Notes: a model not told the origin generated them from the sequence alone. Positions 9,352-19,053 are shown, numbered from the stretch's first letter. The stretch is 64,000 nt of DNA from an uncultured Bacteroidota bacterium (GCA_963710735.1 CAVQBN010000011.1:10682-74681), one strand, 5' to 3'. A program made the numbers and translations.

Positions 9352-9963
9352 TTATTTAATCACTACAATGTGCGATGTTAACGGACGATTTTTTATTTCT
9401 TTAACAATTTCAAATTTATTTTCTTTGATTAATGAAATGATGCCGCCGTTTTTGACAAACAGCTTGAAGTTTTTGTAATGGTCTCTTCCTGCTGCAAATT
9501 CTACGGCTTCATTTAATAAATTCCAAAACCCTTTAGTCCTCGGAACAAAGTAATCCCCGATAATAATTTTGTTTGAGAATTCTCGAATTGTATTTAAAAA
9601 GTCACTTCTTTCATTTAAAGGAATTTCATGGATTACATAAGTAATAATAGCATAATCAAATTTCTTGCCGCTTTTTAATATGTTCGCTGCGCTTCCGTGA
9701 ATAAATTCGATATTTTTTAACTTGGAATTATTTAAATGATTAAGAGCAGTTTTAATATTTTTTGAAGACAGGTCAACCCCTGTAACTGATTTACATTTTA
9801 AAGCAAGCTGGAATTCAAGCCTGCCGGTACCACATCCTATATCAACAACAGAGCTGTTATTGTCAATTAAAGATGAAATCAGTTTAAACATTATATCCTG
9901 GTTGGGTGCGATTATATTATCGTAAAACCAGCCGTCGTACCAATGTTTTTTATCAAGCTGCAT
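9352..9963 (-). CDS. class I SAM-dependent methyltransferase
   Basis: Motif I VVDIGCGTGR, followed by a VTGVDLS motif. Confidence 0.75.
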   Translation of the reverse strand: MQLDKKHWYDGWFYDNIIAPNQDIMFKLISSLIDNNSSVVDIGCGTGRLEFQLALKCKSVTGVDLSSKNIKTALNHLNNSKLKNIEFIHGSAANILKSGKKFDYAIITYVIHEIPLNERSDFLNTIREFSNKIIIGDYFVPRTKGFWNLLNEAVEFAAGRDHYKNFKLFVKNGGIISLIKENKFEIVKEIKNRPLTSHIVVIK

Positions 9964-10082
9964 TATTCCCCGATTTAATCATACAATTGAATCTAATTCA
10001 ATAATTATAAAATATTTCCTAACACCATCCCCTAATTTTATGAATGTAAAATTAACTTAATCCTTTATGAATTTAAACAAGT

Positions 10083-10979
10083 TTATTTAATATTTGGTAA
10101 ACAGCTTGCTTTTAAATATTCTTCAAATTCATTTCTTTTATAGATAACATTATTGTGCTGAAGATCGGTAAAAATAAAAATCAATCTATTATTAGCTAAA
10201 TCAAATGGAGTAACATTTTGCTCATCGTTAAAAGAAACGAATGGAATTTTCCAGCCTTTTAAATCAGCCATAAGTTTTTCAGTTTCTTCTTTAGTTCCGC
10301 CGTGCTGAGTATAAATATCAATTAGCTTCCCATTATAGCGGTCAAACCAGTGAATGAATTTTTCTTTTTCAGCATATAGCGCATCAAATATATATACTTC
10401 CTTAATATGTTTTGTTAAGCCGCCTCTCATTAATATATAGGACATTACACGGTATCCGCCGCTATGACCAGATAATATTATCTTTCCCACTTTTTCATTT
10501 GAAATTACTTTTCGCGTATAAAGAGTATCTATTAATTCTTTAACAAACCGCCTGAACCCATTTGTCTCTTCCAATTTTCCGCCGTAAGAATCAGGAACAT
10601 TCACAGCGCCTCCCGGCACTACAAGCAGAGCATTTTTTCCGCTCCCAATAAATTGTTTAACTAAATTATACTGAGCAAAAGTACTGTCTACATTGTTAAA
10701 CCATCCGTGAAAATGAATTACAAAATTAATACTGCTGCCGGATTTAAATCCTTTAGGTATAAATACCGCAACTGTGCTGTCCATATAATGATCTTTAGCA
10801 GAATAATAAGTACTGTCATAAGTATGCCCGGCCGCTCTGCCAGTATCCGGAAAAGATGCAGAGTGAAGATGTGTTACGATCATTTCACCATATTGAGAAT
10901 ATCGCGTCAATAAGTTTTGAGAAAAAAGATTAATTGAAAGTAAAAATATCGACAGAAAAATTATTTTTAATATTTTCAT
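10083..10979 (-). CDS. secreted alpha/beta-hydrolase-like protein
   Basis: Signal peptide MKILKIIFLSIFLLSINLFSQ and a nucleophile-elbow-like GHSGGY (GxSxG). Confidence 0.5.
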   Translation of the reverse strand: MKILKIIFLSIFLLSINLFSQNLLTRYSQYGEMIVTHLHSASFPDTGRAAGHTYDSTYYSAKDHYMDSTVAVFIPKGFKSGSSINFVIHFHGWFNNVDSTFAQYNLVKQFIGSGKNALLVVPGGAVNVPDSYGGKLEETNGFRRFVKELIDTLYTRKVISNEKVGKIILSGHSGGYRVMSYILMRGGLTKHIKEVYIFDALYAEKEKFIHWFDRYNGKLIDIYTQHGGTKEETEKLMADLKGWKIPFVSFNDEQNVTPFDLANNRLIFIFTDLQHNNVIYKRNEFEEYLKASCLPNIK

Positions 10980-11010
10980 ATTACTTCTCCGGATATATAA
11001 TTAGAAGAAT

Positions 11011-12135
11011 TTATTCTGATAATGCTTGCTCAAGATCGCCGATTAAGTCATCGGGATGTTCCAATCCAATTGATACGCGCAAAAGATTCTGCGGGGTTTT
11101 TGTCTCATCACCTTCAACAGATGCGCGATGTTCTATTAAACTTTCAGGCCCGCCTAAACTTGTTGCCCTCGTAAACAGCTTAACTTTAGAAGCAACTTTC
11201 ATCGCTTCCTCTTTACCACCTTTTACCTCAAAGGAAATCATTCCTCCATAAAGTTTCATCTGCATTGAAGCAAGAGGATGACCGGGATGTTTTGGTAAAC
11301 CGGGATAATAGACTTTGGAAACTGCTTTATTCTTATTAAGGAACTCAGCAACCAGCATGGCACTTTCTGATTGTGTTCGAATTCTAATGGGTAAAGTTTG
11401 TATTCCTCTTAATGTAAGCCAGCACTCAAATGGTGAAGGAACTGCGCCGCCTGTTCTTTGAATTTCAATTATTTTTTGGGAAAATCCATTTTCAGTTTTT
11501 GCAATAACTGCACCTCCTAAAACATCACTATGCCCGCCAATATATTTTGTTGTTGCATGAAGAATTAGGTCAGCACCAAACTCAAAAGGAGATTGAAGAA
11601 CCGGGGTTGCCCATGTATTATCACAAACAACCATTGCTCCTGATTGATGTGCTAAATCGGATACTTTTTTTAAATCTATAATTTTTAATAAAGGATTCGA
11701 TGGAGTTTCAATCCAAATAAGTTTTGTATTTTTTTTTATTGATGATTTCAATTTGGTCAAATTAGTCATCTCAACAAAATTTGATTTTATGCCCCACTTA
11801 TCAAACTGTTTTATTAATTTCCTTGTACCATGGTAAATATCATCGGATAAGAGTACATGATCTCCAGGTGATAAAGATTGAAAAATGCTCATGGCTGCTG
11901 CCGATCCTGAAGAAAACACAGCAGCAGTTTCGCCTCCTTCTAAAGCTGCAAGACATTTTTCAAGCGATTCTCTATTTGGATTGTTATTCCGGGAATAATT
12001 AAAGCCCTTTGGGTAATCTCCGTTTTTCTCCCTTTCATAAGTTGTTGTTAAATGAATAGGAGGAGTTACAGCACCGGTTGCCGGATCAACACTTCTTCCT
12101 GCATGCACAGAAATAGTTTCAATTCTCATAAACAT
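11011..12135 (-). CDS. PLP-dependent trans-sulfuration enzyme (cystathionine gamma-synthase/beta-lyase family)
   Basis: 374 aa Cys/Met-metabolism PLP family. PLP-lysine context HATTKYIGGHSD and C-terminal LIRVSIGLE-like (LLRVSIGLEHPDDL). Confidence 0.85.
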   Translation of the reverse strand: MFMRIETISVHAGRSVDPATGAVTPPIHLTTTYEREKNGDYPKGFNYSRNNNPNRESLEKCLAALEGGETAAVFSSGSAAAMSIFQSLSPGDHVLLSDDIYHGTRKLIKQFDKWGIKSNFVEMTNLTKLKSSIKKNTKLIWIETPSNPLLKIIDLKKVSDLAHQSGAMVVCDNTWATPVLQSPFEFGADLILHATTKYIGGHSDVLGGAVIAKTENGFSQKIIEIQRTGGAVPSPFECWLTLRGIQTLPIRIRTQSESAMLVAEFLNKNKAVSKVYYPGLPKHPGHPLASMQMKLYGGMISFEVKGGKEEAMKVASKVKLFTRATSLGGPESLIEHRASVEGDETKTPQNLLRVSIGLEHPDDLIGDLEQALSE

Positions 12136-12230
12136 CCTAAATAAAAAGTTAAAGCGGATTGAATATTTGAACGGTAAAATAATAAATGAATTTATTAAAT
12201 GTTTGATTTATTCGGTGAGTATTTTAAAGG

Positions 12231-12270
12231 AAAATTAAAGCGCATATAGCATTAAAAAATACTATATGCG
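12231..12270 (-). terminator. intrinsic-terminator-like hairpin after the thioredoxin-like gene
   Basis: CGCATATAG (12241-12249) pairs with CTATATGCG (12262-12270). On the minus strand the stem is followed by CTTTAATTTT. It lies 9 nt past the stop at 12279. Confidence 0.5.
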
Positions 12271-12278
12271 TATAAAAA

Positions 12279-12890
12279 TTATTCTTGTTCAACTTTAGAT
12301 AGTATTTCTAAAAATTCGGCTTCTATTTCTTTACCCCGATTCCTTCCATACCATAAATGAAGTTTCTCATAAAGTTCCGGTTTTACAATTCCCTCATTTT
12401 TCCATTGATTCATTAATTCCTGAGCGGCTTTAGGTCTCGGTCCCCATGTGAATAATTCGTTACCTTCCAAATCAAAAGCAATAAGTTTTGGAATACTTCT
12501 TGTCTCATGCGTCAAATACAGATCCATAATATCCGGGTTTGAATCTCTAAGAACAATTCTTAAATCAATATTGCGATTTAAAGAAGCAATCTTTGCTAAA
12601 TAAGGTAAGTTTTGTGCTGAATCCCCGCACCATGGTTCCGTAATAACCATCCAGATCTGTTTTTCTTTTATGGTTTGAATTTCGGATTTTAATTCTTCGG
12701 ATACTTCATAACTTTTTTCAATTCTTTGAGTTCTCTGAAAATTTAATTTTTTATACTCAAATAATTCTCTATCCTTATCACTTAAATTCTCCGGATTAAT
12801 ATTATTCACTTCATTATTAAATTTTTCAGTGTATTCTTTATAAGTCAAACCGTTATGAAGGCGTTTATCTTTAAAAAATTGAGGTACCAT
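12279..12890 (-). CDS. thioredoxin-fold family protein (monothiol WCGDS motif)
   Basis: 203 aa. ITEPWCGDSAQNLPYL sits in the position of a thioredoxin CxxC motif but reads CxxS. Confidence 0.6.
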   Translation of the reverse strand: MVPQFFKDKRLHNGLTYKEYTEKFNNEVNNINPENLSDKDRELFEYKKLNFQRTQRIEKSYEVSEELKSEIQTIKEKQIWMVITEPWCGDSAQNLPYLAKIASLNRNIDLRIVLRDSNPDIMDLYLTHETRSIPKLIAFDLEGNELFTWGPRPKAAQELMNQWKNEGIVKPELYEKLHLWYGRNRGKEIEAEFLEILSKVEQE

Positions 12891-13060
12891 AATTATACTC
12901 CTTAATATTCTGCATTCGCACTAAAAATTACAAAACAATAAAAACAATTGGTGTCATTCATCTTACATATGACGTATAAAAAGAGAAAAGGATTCCGAAT
13001 ATTTTTCATTTCCGAGTACATTTATTTTATTAACCCATTTTGTTTCCGAAACATAACTCG

Positions 13061-13756
13061 TTAAATGTTTGCACTATCTTTTAATTCCTTTCTTAGTAAT
13101 TTATAATCCGGGCAATATATTTCCACATTGGACCAAAATTTTTTCGAATGGTTCATCTCTCTAAGATGACAGAGTTCGTGTACAATTACATAGTCAATCA
13201 CTTCTTTTTTGAACTGCATAAGTTTAAAATTAAACGACAAATTCCGTTTGCTTGAACAGCTTCCCCATCTTGTTTTTTGTCCTCTAATGGAAACTTTATT
13301 TACATGGAAATGATACCTGGCAGATAATTCTTCTACACGTTTCTTTAAATAATTTTTTGCCTGCTGTCTCAGCCAGATGTCAAAAATCTCTTTTAAATTC
13401 AATTGACTTCCGGAAGGGCTTGAGATTTTTAATTCATTATTATAAAAACTGATATTGTGCTTTTTAAGAAAAAGATTATACTCTTGCCTTACCGATATTT
13501 TCTTACCGAGAAATAAAAATTGCTCTTTTTCTAATTTTGGTATGCGTAAGTGTTTCTTTATCCAATCTGATTTACTCAATAAAAATGATTCGGCCTCTGG
13601 AAGCTTATAGCTCCTCGGAATAATTAATTCGAGTTCATTTTGATTAGAGATTTGAATGCGAAGATATCGGGCTTTTTTGCTGTATCGAATATTGTAAGAA
13701 ATTTTTTCTTTGTTTATCTCAATGGAATGTGTTAGAATTTGTCCCGGAAGTCTCAA
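13061..13756 (-). CDS. YgjP-like (DUF45/WLM-type) zinc metallopeptidase
   Basis: VIVHELCHLREMNHSKKFW (HExxH followed by NHS..FW) is diagnostic of the DUF45/YgjP family. Confidence 0.8.
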   Translation of the reverse strand: MRLPGQILTHSIEINKEKISYNIRYSKKARYLRIQISNQNELELIIPRSYKLPEAESFLLSKSDWIKKHLRIPKLEKEQFLFLGKKISVRQEYNLFLKKHNISFYNNELKISSPSGSQLNLKEIFDIWLRQQAKNYLKKRVEELSARYHFHVNKVSIRGQKTRWGSCSSKRNLSFNFKLMQFKKEVIDYVIVHELCHLREMNHSKKFWSNVEIYCPDYKLLRKELKDSANI

Positions 13757-13759
13757 AAG

Positions 13760-13975
13760 TTATTCCTCTTCCCGAAGCTTTCTTATCTTAATTATTTTTT
13801 CAATTCCATTGAATTCAGGATAAAATGTTTGAACGAATGCTGCGCTCAATTCTAAGCTGATTTTTATTTTATCTTCACCGCTGATGCTTTTCCAATATTC
13901 ATAATCGGCGTTTTCCTGTTCTTTAAAATTCTTAAATTTCTTTATTTTTTTTTCGATCCGTTCCATATTTAACAT
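13760..13975 (-). CDS. small hypothetical protein (71 aa), translationally coupled to the upstream NTase-fold gene
   Basis: Its ATG shares one base with the upstream TAA (TAATG at 13973-13977). It ends 3 nt before the next gene. I recognised no family. Confidence 0.45.
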   Translation of the reverse strand: MLNMERIEKKIKKFKNFKEQENADYEYWKSISGEDKIKISLELSAAFVQTFYPEFNGIEKIIKIRKLREEE

Positions 13976-14433
13976 TATTTTCTTTTGCTTTTAATCAGCC
14001 AATTTAAATCAGATTTATCTTTTAGGCGATTGGATTTTTTCTTATTGGTAATCAAATCCTGCAGCGAAATTATAGATACATTATTTATATTCCCGAATTT
14101 AATAGTCAACCTGCTTTTGTAGGCTTTTTCAAACTCAACTCCGTCAATCTCATTTATTAAATCTATTCGCACAGGCGAATTTCCTAATTGGATTATTTGA
14201 CCTGGAATTGTTAAATCTTCCAAGGTTAATTCCAAAGATTCCATACCAAATTCTTCTAATACTTTTAGAATCTTTTCAGCATTTTCTTTCGATGAGTCAA
14301 TAAAAATATCGATGTCTCCAGTTGCTCGCGGTTGTGTATAATAGCCAACTACATATCCGCCTACAATAAGATACTTTACCTTATACTTATTCAGTAATTT
14401 TATAAATTCTTCGAAGTCGGAAAATAATTTCAT
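13975..14433 (-). CDS. minimal nucleotidyltransferase-fold protein
   Basis: KYLIVGGYVVGYYTQPRATGDIDIFID is a GG...DxD pattern typical of pol-beta-superfamily NTases. 152 aa. It starts 6 nt after the cysS stop. Confidence 0.55.
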   Translation of the reverse strand: MKLFSDFEEFIKLLNKYKVKYLIVGGYVVGYYTQPRATGDIDIFIDSSKENAEKILKVLEEFGMESLELTLEDLTIPGQIIQLGNSPVRIDLINEIDGVEFEKAYKSRLTIKFGNINNVSIISLQDLITNKKKSNRLKDKSDLNWLIKSKRK

Positions 14434-14439
14434 TTAATT

Positions 14440-15858
14440 TTAACTATTCTGTTTTTTATAAGTCGTTTTATCTTTTCCATCCTGCAAAATTACTCCTAAT
14501 GCTTTCAGCTCATCTCTAATTTTATCGGAGAGAGAATAATTTTTATTTTGCTTTGCTTCAGTTCTTAATTTTATTAATAATTCAATCAGATCATTTTCCA
14601 ATTCACCGTTACTTTGAGCATGTATTTGGGAGAAGTCCATAATTCCCAAAACACCTTCTGCAGTTTGTTGAAGATATTCTTTAACATTTAAGTAGAATTG
14701 GACATTAATATTTTCATTCTCAGCAATCGCTTTATTAATTTCGCGTACAAAATCAAAAATAACAGCCGAAGCCTGGGGTGTATTAAAATCATCATCCATA
14801 GCAGATTCAAAATTATTTTTAAATTTTGTAAAATCAATCTGCGGAAATTTTCCTTCACTCCGGTTTAGCTTAATTTCTTCTTCAATTTTTTCTGCAAGAT
14901 TATTAAGCTTTTCCAATCCTTTTCCAGCTGAAGACAATAATTCTTCACTAAAATTTAATGGCCCGCCGTAATGTGTTTGAGCAAACAACATTCTTATCGC
15001 TTCAGCGGAATATATTTTAAGAATATCTCTGGCAGTAAAAAAATTGCCGAGTGATTTTGACATTTTCTCATCATTAATATTTAAAAACCCGAAGTGAATC
15101 CAGTAATTAACAAACTTCTTTCCGTTAGCTGCTTCACTCTGCGCAATTTCATTTTCGTGATGCGGAAAAACTAAATCATTTCCTCCGGCATGTATATCAA
15201 ATGTCTCGCCAAGATGTTTGCAACTCATTGCAGAACATTCAATGTGCCATCCGGGGCGCCCTCTGCCCCAAGGGCTTTCCCAAAAAGGTTCACCATCTTT
15301 AGCCTTCTTCCATAAAGCAAAATCCAGCGGATTATGTTTCTCTTCATTCACGTCCACTCTCGAACCAGCTTCGAGCTCTTCGGTCTTTTTCCCGCTAAGC
15401 TTTCCATAATTTTCAAATTTAGAAACATTATAAAATACATTTCCGTCAACATTATAAGCCGAACCATTTTTAACTAAACGCTGAATCATTGAAATCATAA
15501 CATCCATATTCTCGGTTGCTTTAGGATATATTGTTGCTTTTTTAACTTTTAATTTTTCTATATCTTCTAAAAAAGCCTTAATATATTTACCGGCAACCTG
15601 CTTTGAATCTATTTTTTCCGAAATTGATTTATTAATAATCTTATCATCAACATCAGTAAGATTCATAGCATATGTAACATTGTAGCCTTTGTATTCAAGG
15701 TACTTTCTAATCATGTCCGCCATAATAAATGAACGCGCATTACCGATATGAAAATAATCATAGACAGTCGGGCCGCAGACGTACATATTCACATTAGGAG
15801 AATTTATCGGTTTAAATTCTTCTTTTTTCTTTGTTAACGTATTATAAATTAAAAGCAT
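14440..15858 (-). CDS. cysS: cysteine--tRNA ligase
   Basis: HIGH-type motif (YFHIGNARS), KMSKSLGN and a WHIECSAM zinc site. 472 aa. Confidence 0.95.
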   Translation of the reverse strand: MLLIYNTLTKKKEEFKPINSPNVNMYVCGPTVYDYFHIGNARSFIMADMIRKYLEYKGYNVTYAMNLTDVDDKIINKSISEKIDSKQVAGKYIKAFLEDIEKLKVKKATIYPKATENMDVMISMIQRLVKNGSAYNVDGNVFYNVSKFENYGKLSGKKTEELEAGSRVDVNEEKHNPLDFALWKKAKDGEPFWESPWGRGRPGWHIECSAMSCKHLGETFDIHAGGNDLVFPHHENEIAQSEAANGKKFVNYWIHFGFLNINDEKMSKSLGNFFTARDILKIYSAEAIRMLFAQTHYGGPLNFSEELLSSAGKGLEKLNNLAEKIEEEIKLNRSEGKFPQIDFTKFKNNFESAMDDDFNTPQASAVIFDFVREINKAIAENENINVQFYLNVKEYLQQTAEGVLGIMDFSQIHAQSNGELENDLIELLIKLRTEAKQNKNYSLSDKIRDELKALGVILQDGKDKTTYKKQNS

Positions 15859-15965
15859 AATATTTTTTATTGAATGGGAAAATTTTTCAATACAAATTTA
15901 CTAATTATAGATCAAAATTATATTGGTATGAAAATCTTTTTAATGTTAAGCACAATATTACTTAA

Positions 15966-16955
15966 TCAGTTTTTCACAACCTTCAATTTCTCTAATAGTT
16001 CAATCATATCGGGAGGAAGATTAGAATCAAATTTAACAAGTTGCTTTGTATGAGGATGAATAAATCCAAGCGTCTTTGCATGAAGAGCCTGCCGCGGCAT
16101 AATTTCAAGAAGATTTTGTACCCGGCTTTTTATTTTGGGAAGATTTGAACCGTAAACCAAATTTCTTCCGCCATAAGTTGGATCTCCGAATATCGGATGC
16201 CCAAGACTCGATAAATGAACCCGTATTTGGTGAGTTCTCCCGGTTTTCAAATTTAATTTTAATAGAGTTGTAAATTCAAACTCTTCTAAACTCTCATAAA
16301 AAGTAATTGCAGTTTTACCTTCATTTTGACTGACAGAAAATTTTTTTCTATCAGACTTACTCCTCGAAATATTTAGATTAATCTCTCCTTTCTTCTCTTT
16401 AAACAATCCCCATGCAACTGCCCAATATTCTCTTTCAATTGAATGCTTGGAAAATTGTTCCGCTAATTTAGCATGAGTCCAATCGTCTTTTGCTACAACA
16501 AGCAGCCCGCTTGTTTCTTTATCTATTCTATGAACTATTCCCGGACGTCCCGGCTCATTTAAATTGCTCAGCTTTTGAGAATGATATAGGAGTGCGTTAA
16601 CTAAAGTTCCGGTATAATTTGCATAAGCAGGGTGAGCAACCATTCCGGCAGCTTTGTTTACCACTAATAAATATTCATCTTCATAAATAATATCGAGTGG
16701 AATTTTTTCCGGTTCATTTTCATCGGGACGCGGGGATATAGGCACCGAAGCCACAATAACATCATCCGGCTGAACTTGATAACTTGGCTTAACAAAATTT
16801 TTATTTACTGTAACAAGGTTTGCTTCGATTAGTTTTTGAATTTTTGAGCGGGTGGCATTTTCAATGCAGTTTGTTAAAAATAGATCAAGACGTTCCTTTT
16901 TCTTCCCCTCGGGAATTACTATCCGGTAAGTCTTTTCCTTTATAAGGTTCGCCAT
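15966..16955 (-). CDS. rluD: RluA/RluD-family 23S rRNA pseudouridine synthase
   Basis: N-terminal S4-like RLDLFL, catalytic GIVHRIDKETSGLLVVAK and a TGRTHQIRVH motif. Confidence 0.9.
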   Translation of the reverse strand: MANLIKEKTYRIVIPEGKKKERLDLFLTNCIENATRSKIQKLIEANLVTVNKNFVKPSYQVQPDDVIVASVPISPRPDENEPEKIPLDIIYEDEYLLVVNKAAGMVAHPAYANYTGTLVNALLYHSQKLSNLNEPGRPGIVHRIDKETSGLLVVAKDDWTHAKLAEQFSKHSIEREYWAVAWGLFKEKKGEINLNISRSKSDRKKFSVSQNEGKTAITFYESLEEFEFTTLLKLNLKTGRTHQIRVHLSSLGHPIFGDPTYGGRNLVYGSNLPKIKSRVQNLLEIMPRQALHAKTLGFIHPHTKQLVKFDSNLPPDMIELLEKLKVVKN

Positions 16956-17616
16956 TATTTAAATCAATTTTTCCTTTTGTTTCTTCTGATTGATTTACAA
17001 TTTTTTCATCTATATTGTTCAATGGAACAGCACCATTAAAAGCTACTGTATCACTTCCTGTTTTAACTTCAATTTCTTTTTTATTCTGCCTGTAAAAAAA
17101 TATTAATATGAACACCCCGATCGTTACAGAAGCATCTGCAAAATTAAAAATCGGCCAGCGGTCGAAGCTTTTTCCGAAAAGTGTAAATTTGAAAAAATCA
17201 AAATCCAAAAAATCAACTACTCTTCCATAAAATAACGGAGCGTAGTGATAAAAAATACCGTAAAACATTCTGTCAATCAAATTGCCAACAGCACCGCCAA
17301 GTATAAATGCAACTGCAAGACGCAAAGACAAACTTTTTTTTCTAACAATAAAAAGATAAATCAGCAGGCCGATACTTGCAACCAATGAAAAAATTGAGAC
17401 CCACATTTTCATATTAGAACCGGGATCGAAGCCAAAAGCCATTCCAGGGTTTTCAATAAAAGTAATCCGAAAAAAATTACCGATTACCGGAATTTGCTCT
17501 CCCTGATACATGCCTGCATAGTAAATTTTCAAAAAAGGAATTGAAAATCCCTTTACAAGCAATTTCGAAACCTGGTCAATAATTACAATGGAAAGCGAAA
17601 TAAATAAGACTCTCAA
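16885..17616 (-). CDS. lspA: lipoprotein signal peptidase II, paralog 2, with about 75-aa hydrophilic C-terminal extension
   Basis: DQVSK, NPGMAFG, GGAVGNLIDR, VVDFLDF and FNFAD motifs. The last 71 nt overlap the rluD start in another frame. Confidence 0.85.
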   Translation of the reverse strand: MRVLFISLSIVIIDQVSKLLVKGFSIPFLKIYYAGMYQGEQIPVIGNFFRITFIENPGMAFGFDPGSNMKMWVSIFSLVASIGLLIYLFIVRKKSLSLRLAVAFILGGAVGNLIDRMFYGIFYHYAPLFYGRVVDFLDFDFFKFTLFGKSFDRWPIFNFADASVTIGVFILIFFYRQNKKEIEVKTGSDTVAFNGAVPLNNIDEKIVNQSEETKGKIDLNNGEPYKGKDLPDSNSRGEEKGTS

Positions 17617-17617
17617 T

Positions 17618-18211
17618 CTATTCCTTATTTTCTGCTAAATAATTTTCCATGGCAGGGTCAATTGAACTTTCAGTAGCCCTCTGCCAATTAAGTGCAAAGA
17701 GAAGCAATATTACGCCGCTTGTAACAGCCATATCCGCAAAGTTAAAAACATAGCTTCCGAACAACCTATCGAAAATAAAAAAATTAAAAAACCTTAGATT
17801 GAAAAAATCAACTACTCTTCCATGAAAAAGTGGTCCATAATTGTAAAAAACCCCGTAAAAAATTCTGTCAAATAAATTTCCAACCGCTCCGCCAAGAATT
17901 AATGCAATGGCCAATCTTAAACTGAAAATTTTATTTCTGTTTCTATAAAGATAAATTACTAACCCTATGCCCGCAATTATGGAAAATAAAACGATAAGAA
18001 ATTTAAAACTTTCCCCGAAATTAATTCCAAATGCAATACCGGGATTTTCAACAAGAGTAATATTAAAGAAATTCCCGAGTAATGAGATACTCTGCCCCTC
18101 GTACATACCATGTATATTTAAATTTAAGAATGGTATAGAAAAACCTTTGACCAGCAGCTTTGAGAACTGGTCAATTAGTACCACTGCAAATGAAATAAAT
18201 AATACCTTCAA
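17618..18211 (-). CDS. lspA: lipoprotein signal peptidase II, paralog 1
   Basis: DQFSK, NPGIAFG, GGAVGNLFDR, VVDFFNL and FNFAD motifs. It ends 1 nt before paralog 2 starts. Confidence 0.9.
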   Translation of the reverse strand: MKVLFISFAVVLIDQFSKLLVKGFSIPFLNLNIHGMYEGQSISLLGNFFNITLVENPGIAFGINFGESFKFLIVLFSIIAGIGLVIYLYRNRNKIFSLRLAIALILGGAVGNLFDRIFYGVFYNYGPLFHGRVVDFFNLRFFNFFIFDRLFGSYVFNFADMAVTSGVILLLFALNWQRATESSIDPAMENYLAENKE

Positions 18212-18286
18212 CCCAAACCTTCATTTCCAACTATATCGTTCAAATTATGTTCTAAACACTAAATCTAAATTTTCAACCCTTACTGT

Positions 18287-19036
18287 TTATCTTTTTTCCT
18301 GTTTCTGTTTTATCGGCAAACAAAGCTGGCTGTGGGGCACTGCCTCTAATCTGGCTTTAGGTACAAGTGGGCAGGTATCACAAAGATGTTGCGGCTCTTC
18401 AATACATTCCAAACAAATTCCGTATGTGCCTGAATCAATCCGTTTCAAAGCGTCTTCTAAATAACCCAGAAATTTATTTTCCCTTTGTGCATACAGAAAA
18501 GTTTTTTCTCTTTCCATTGCGTCGGTACCTTGTTCCGCCATGTGCAATGAATAAGGTGAATTTTCATTTATGTATTCGCCAGTTGTCGGGTCCAGCATTT
18601 GTTCTTTTAAATTCTGAAGCTGTTCAATTATCTCATCTCTTTTAGCAAGAATAATCTCTCTAAAATGCTCTAAATCTTCCTTGCTGTAACCTTTGATATT
18701 TTCAATAGCTTTAGCACGAACTTCTGCGGGGCTTAATACCTCAGTTGCAACTTCAGCTGTTTTCTCTTTAACAATCTTCTTTCTCGGCATATTTGTCTTT
18801 TTTCCTGTCTTTTTATCTGTAGTTTTCTTTTTCGTTATTTTTTTTGCACTAGTAATCTTCTTTGTCTCTGCAGCCTTTCTTACGGTTTTCTTCACTGCTT
18901 TTTTAACCGAAGGTTTTGCCGCGGCTTTTTTTGTTAGCTTCACTGATTTTTTTACCTTTACTACCTTTTTCGGCTTCGCAGGTTTTTTAGAAGCTTTTTT
19001 AGCAACAGTCTTTTTTGTTGTAGATTTTTTAGCCAT
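18287..19036 (-). CDS. DksA/TraR (YlyA-like) zinc-finger protein with about 85-aa Lys/Ala-rich histone-H1-like N-terminal tail
   Basis: The C-terminal half has a DksA-like coiled coil and then GICLEC...ARLEAVPHSQLC. The N-terminus is AKKSTTKKTVAKKASKKPAKPKKVVKVKK.... It sits between ileS and lspA, as ylyA does in Bacillus. Confidence 0.75.
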   Translation of the reverse strand: MAKKSTTKKTVAKKASKKPAKPKKVVKVKKSVKLTKKAAAKPSVKKAVKKTVRKAAETKKITSAKKITKKKTTDKKTGKKTNMPRKKIVKEKTAEVATEVLSPAEVRAKAIENIKGYSKEDLEHFREIILAKRDEIIEQLQNLKEQMLDPTTGEYINENSPYSLHMAEQGTDAMEREKTFLYAQRENKFLGYLEDALKRIDSGTYGICLECIEEPQHLCDTCPLVPKARLEAVPHSQLCLPIKQKQEKR

Positions 19037-19053
19037 AATACGGCCTCCTTTTA

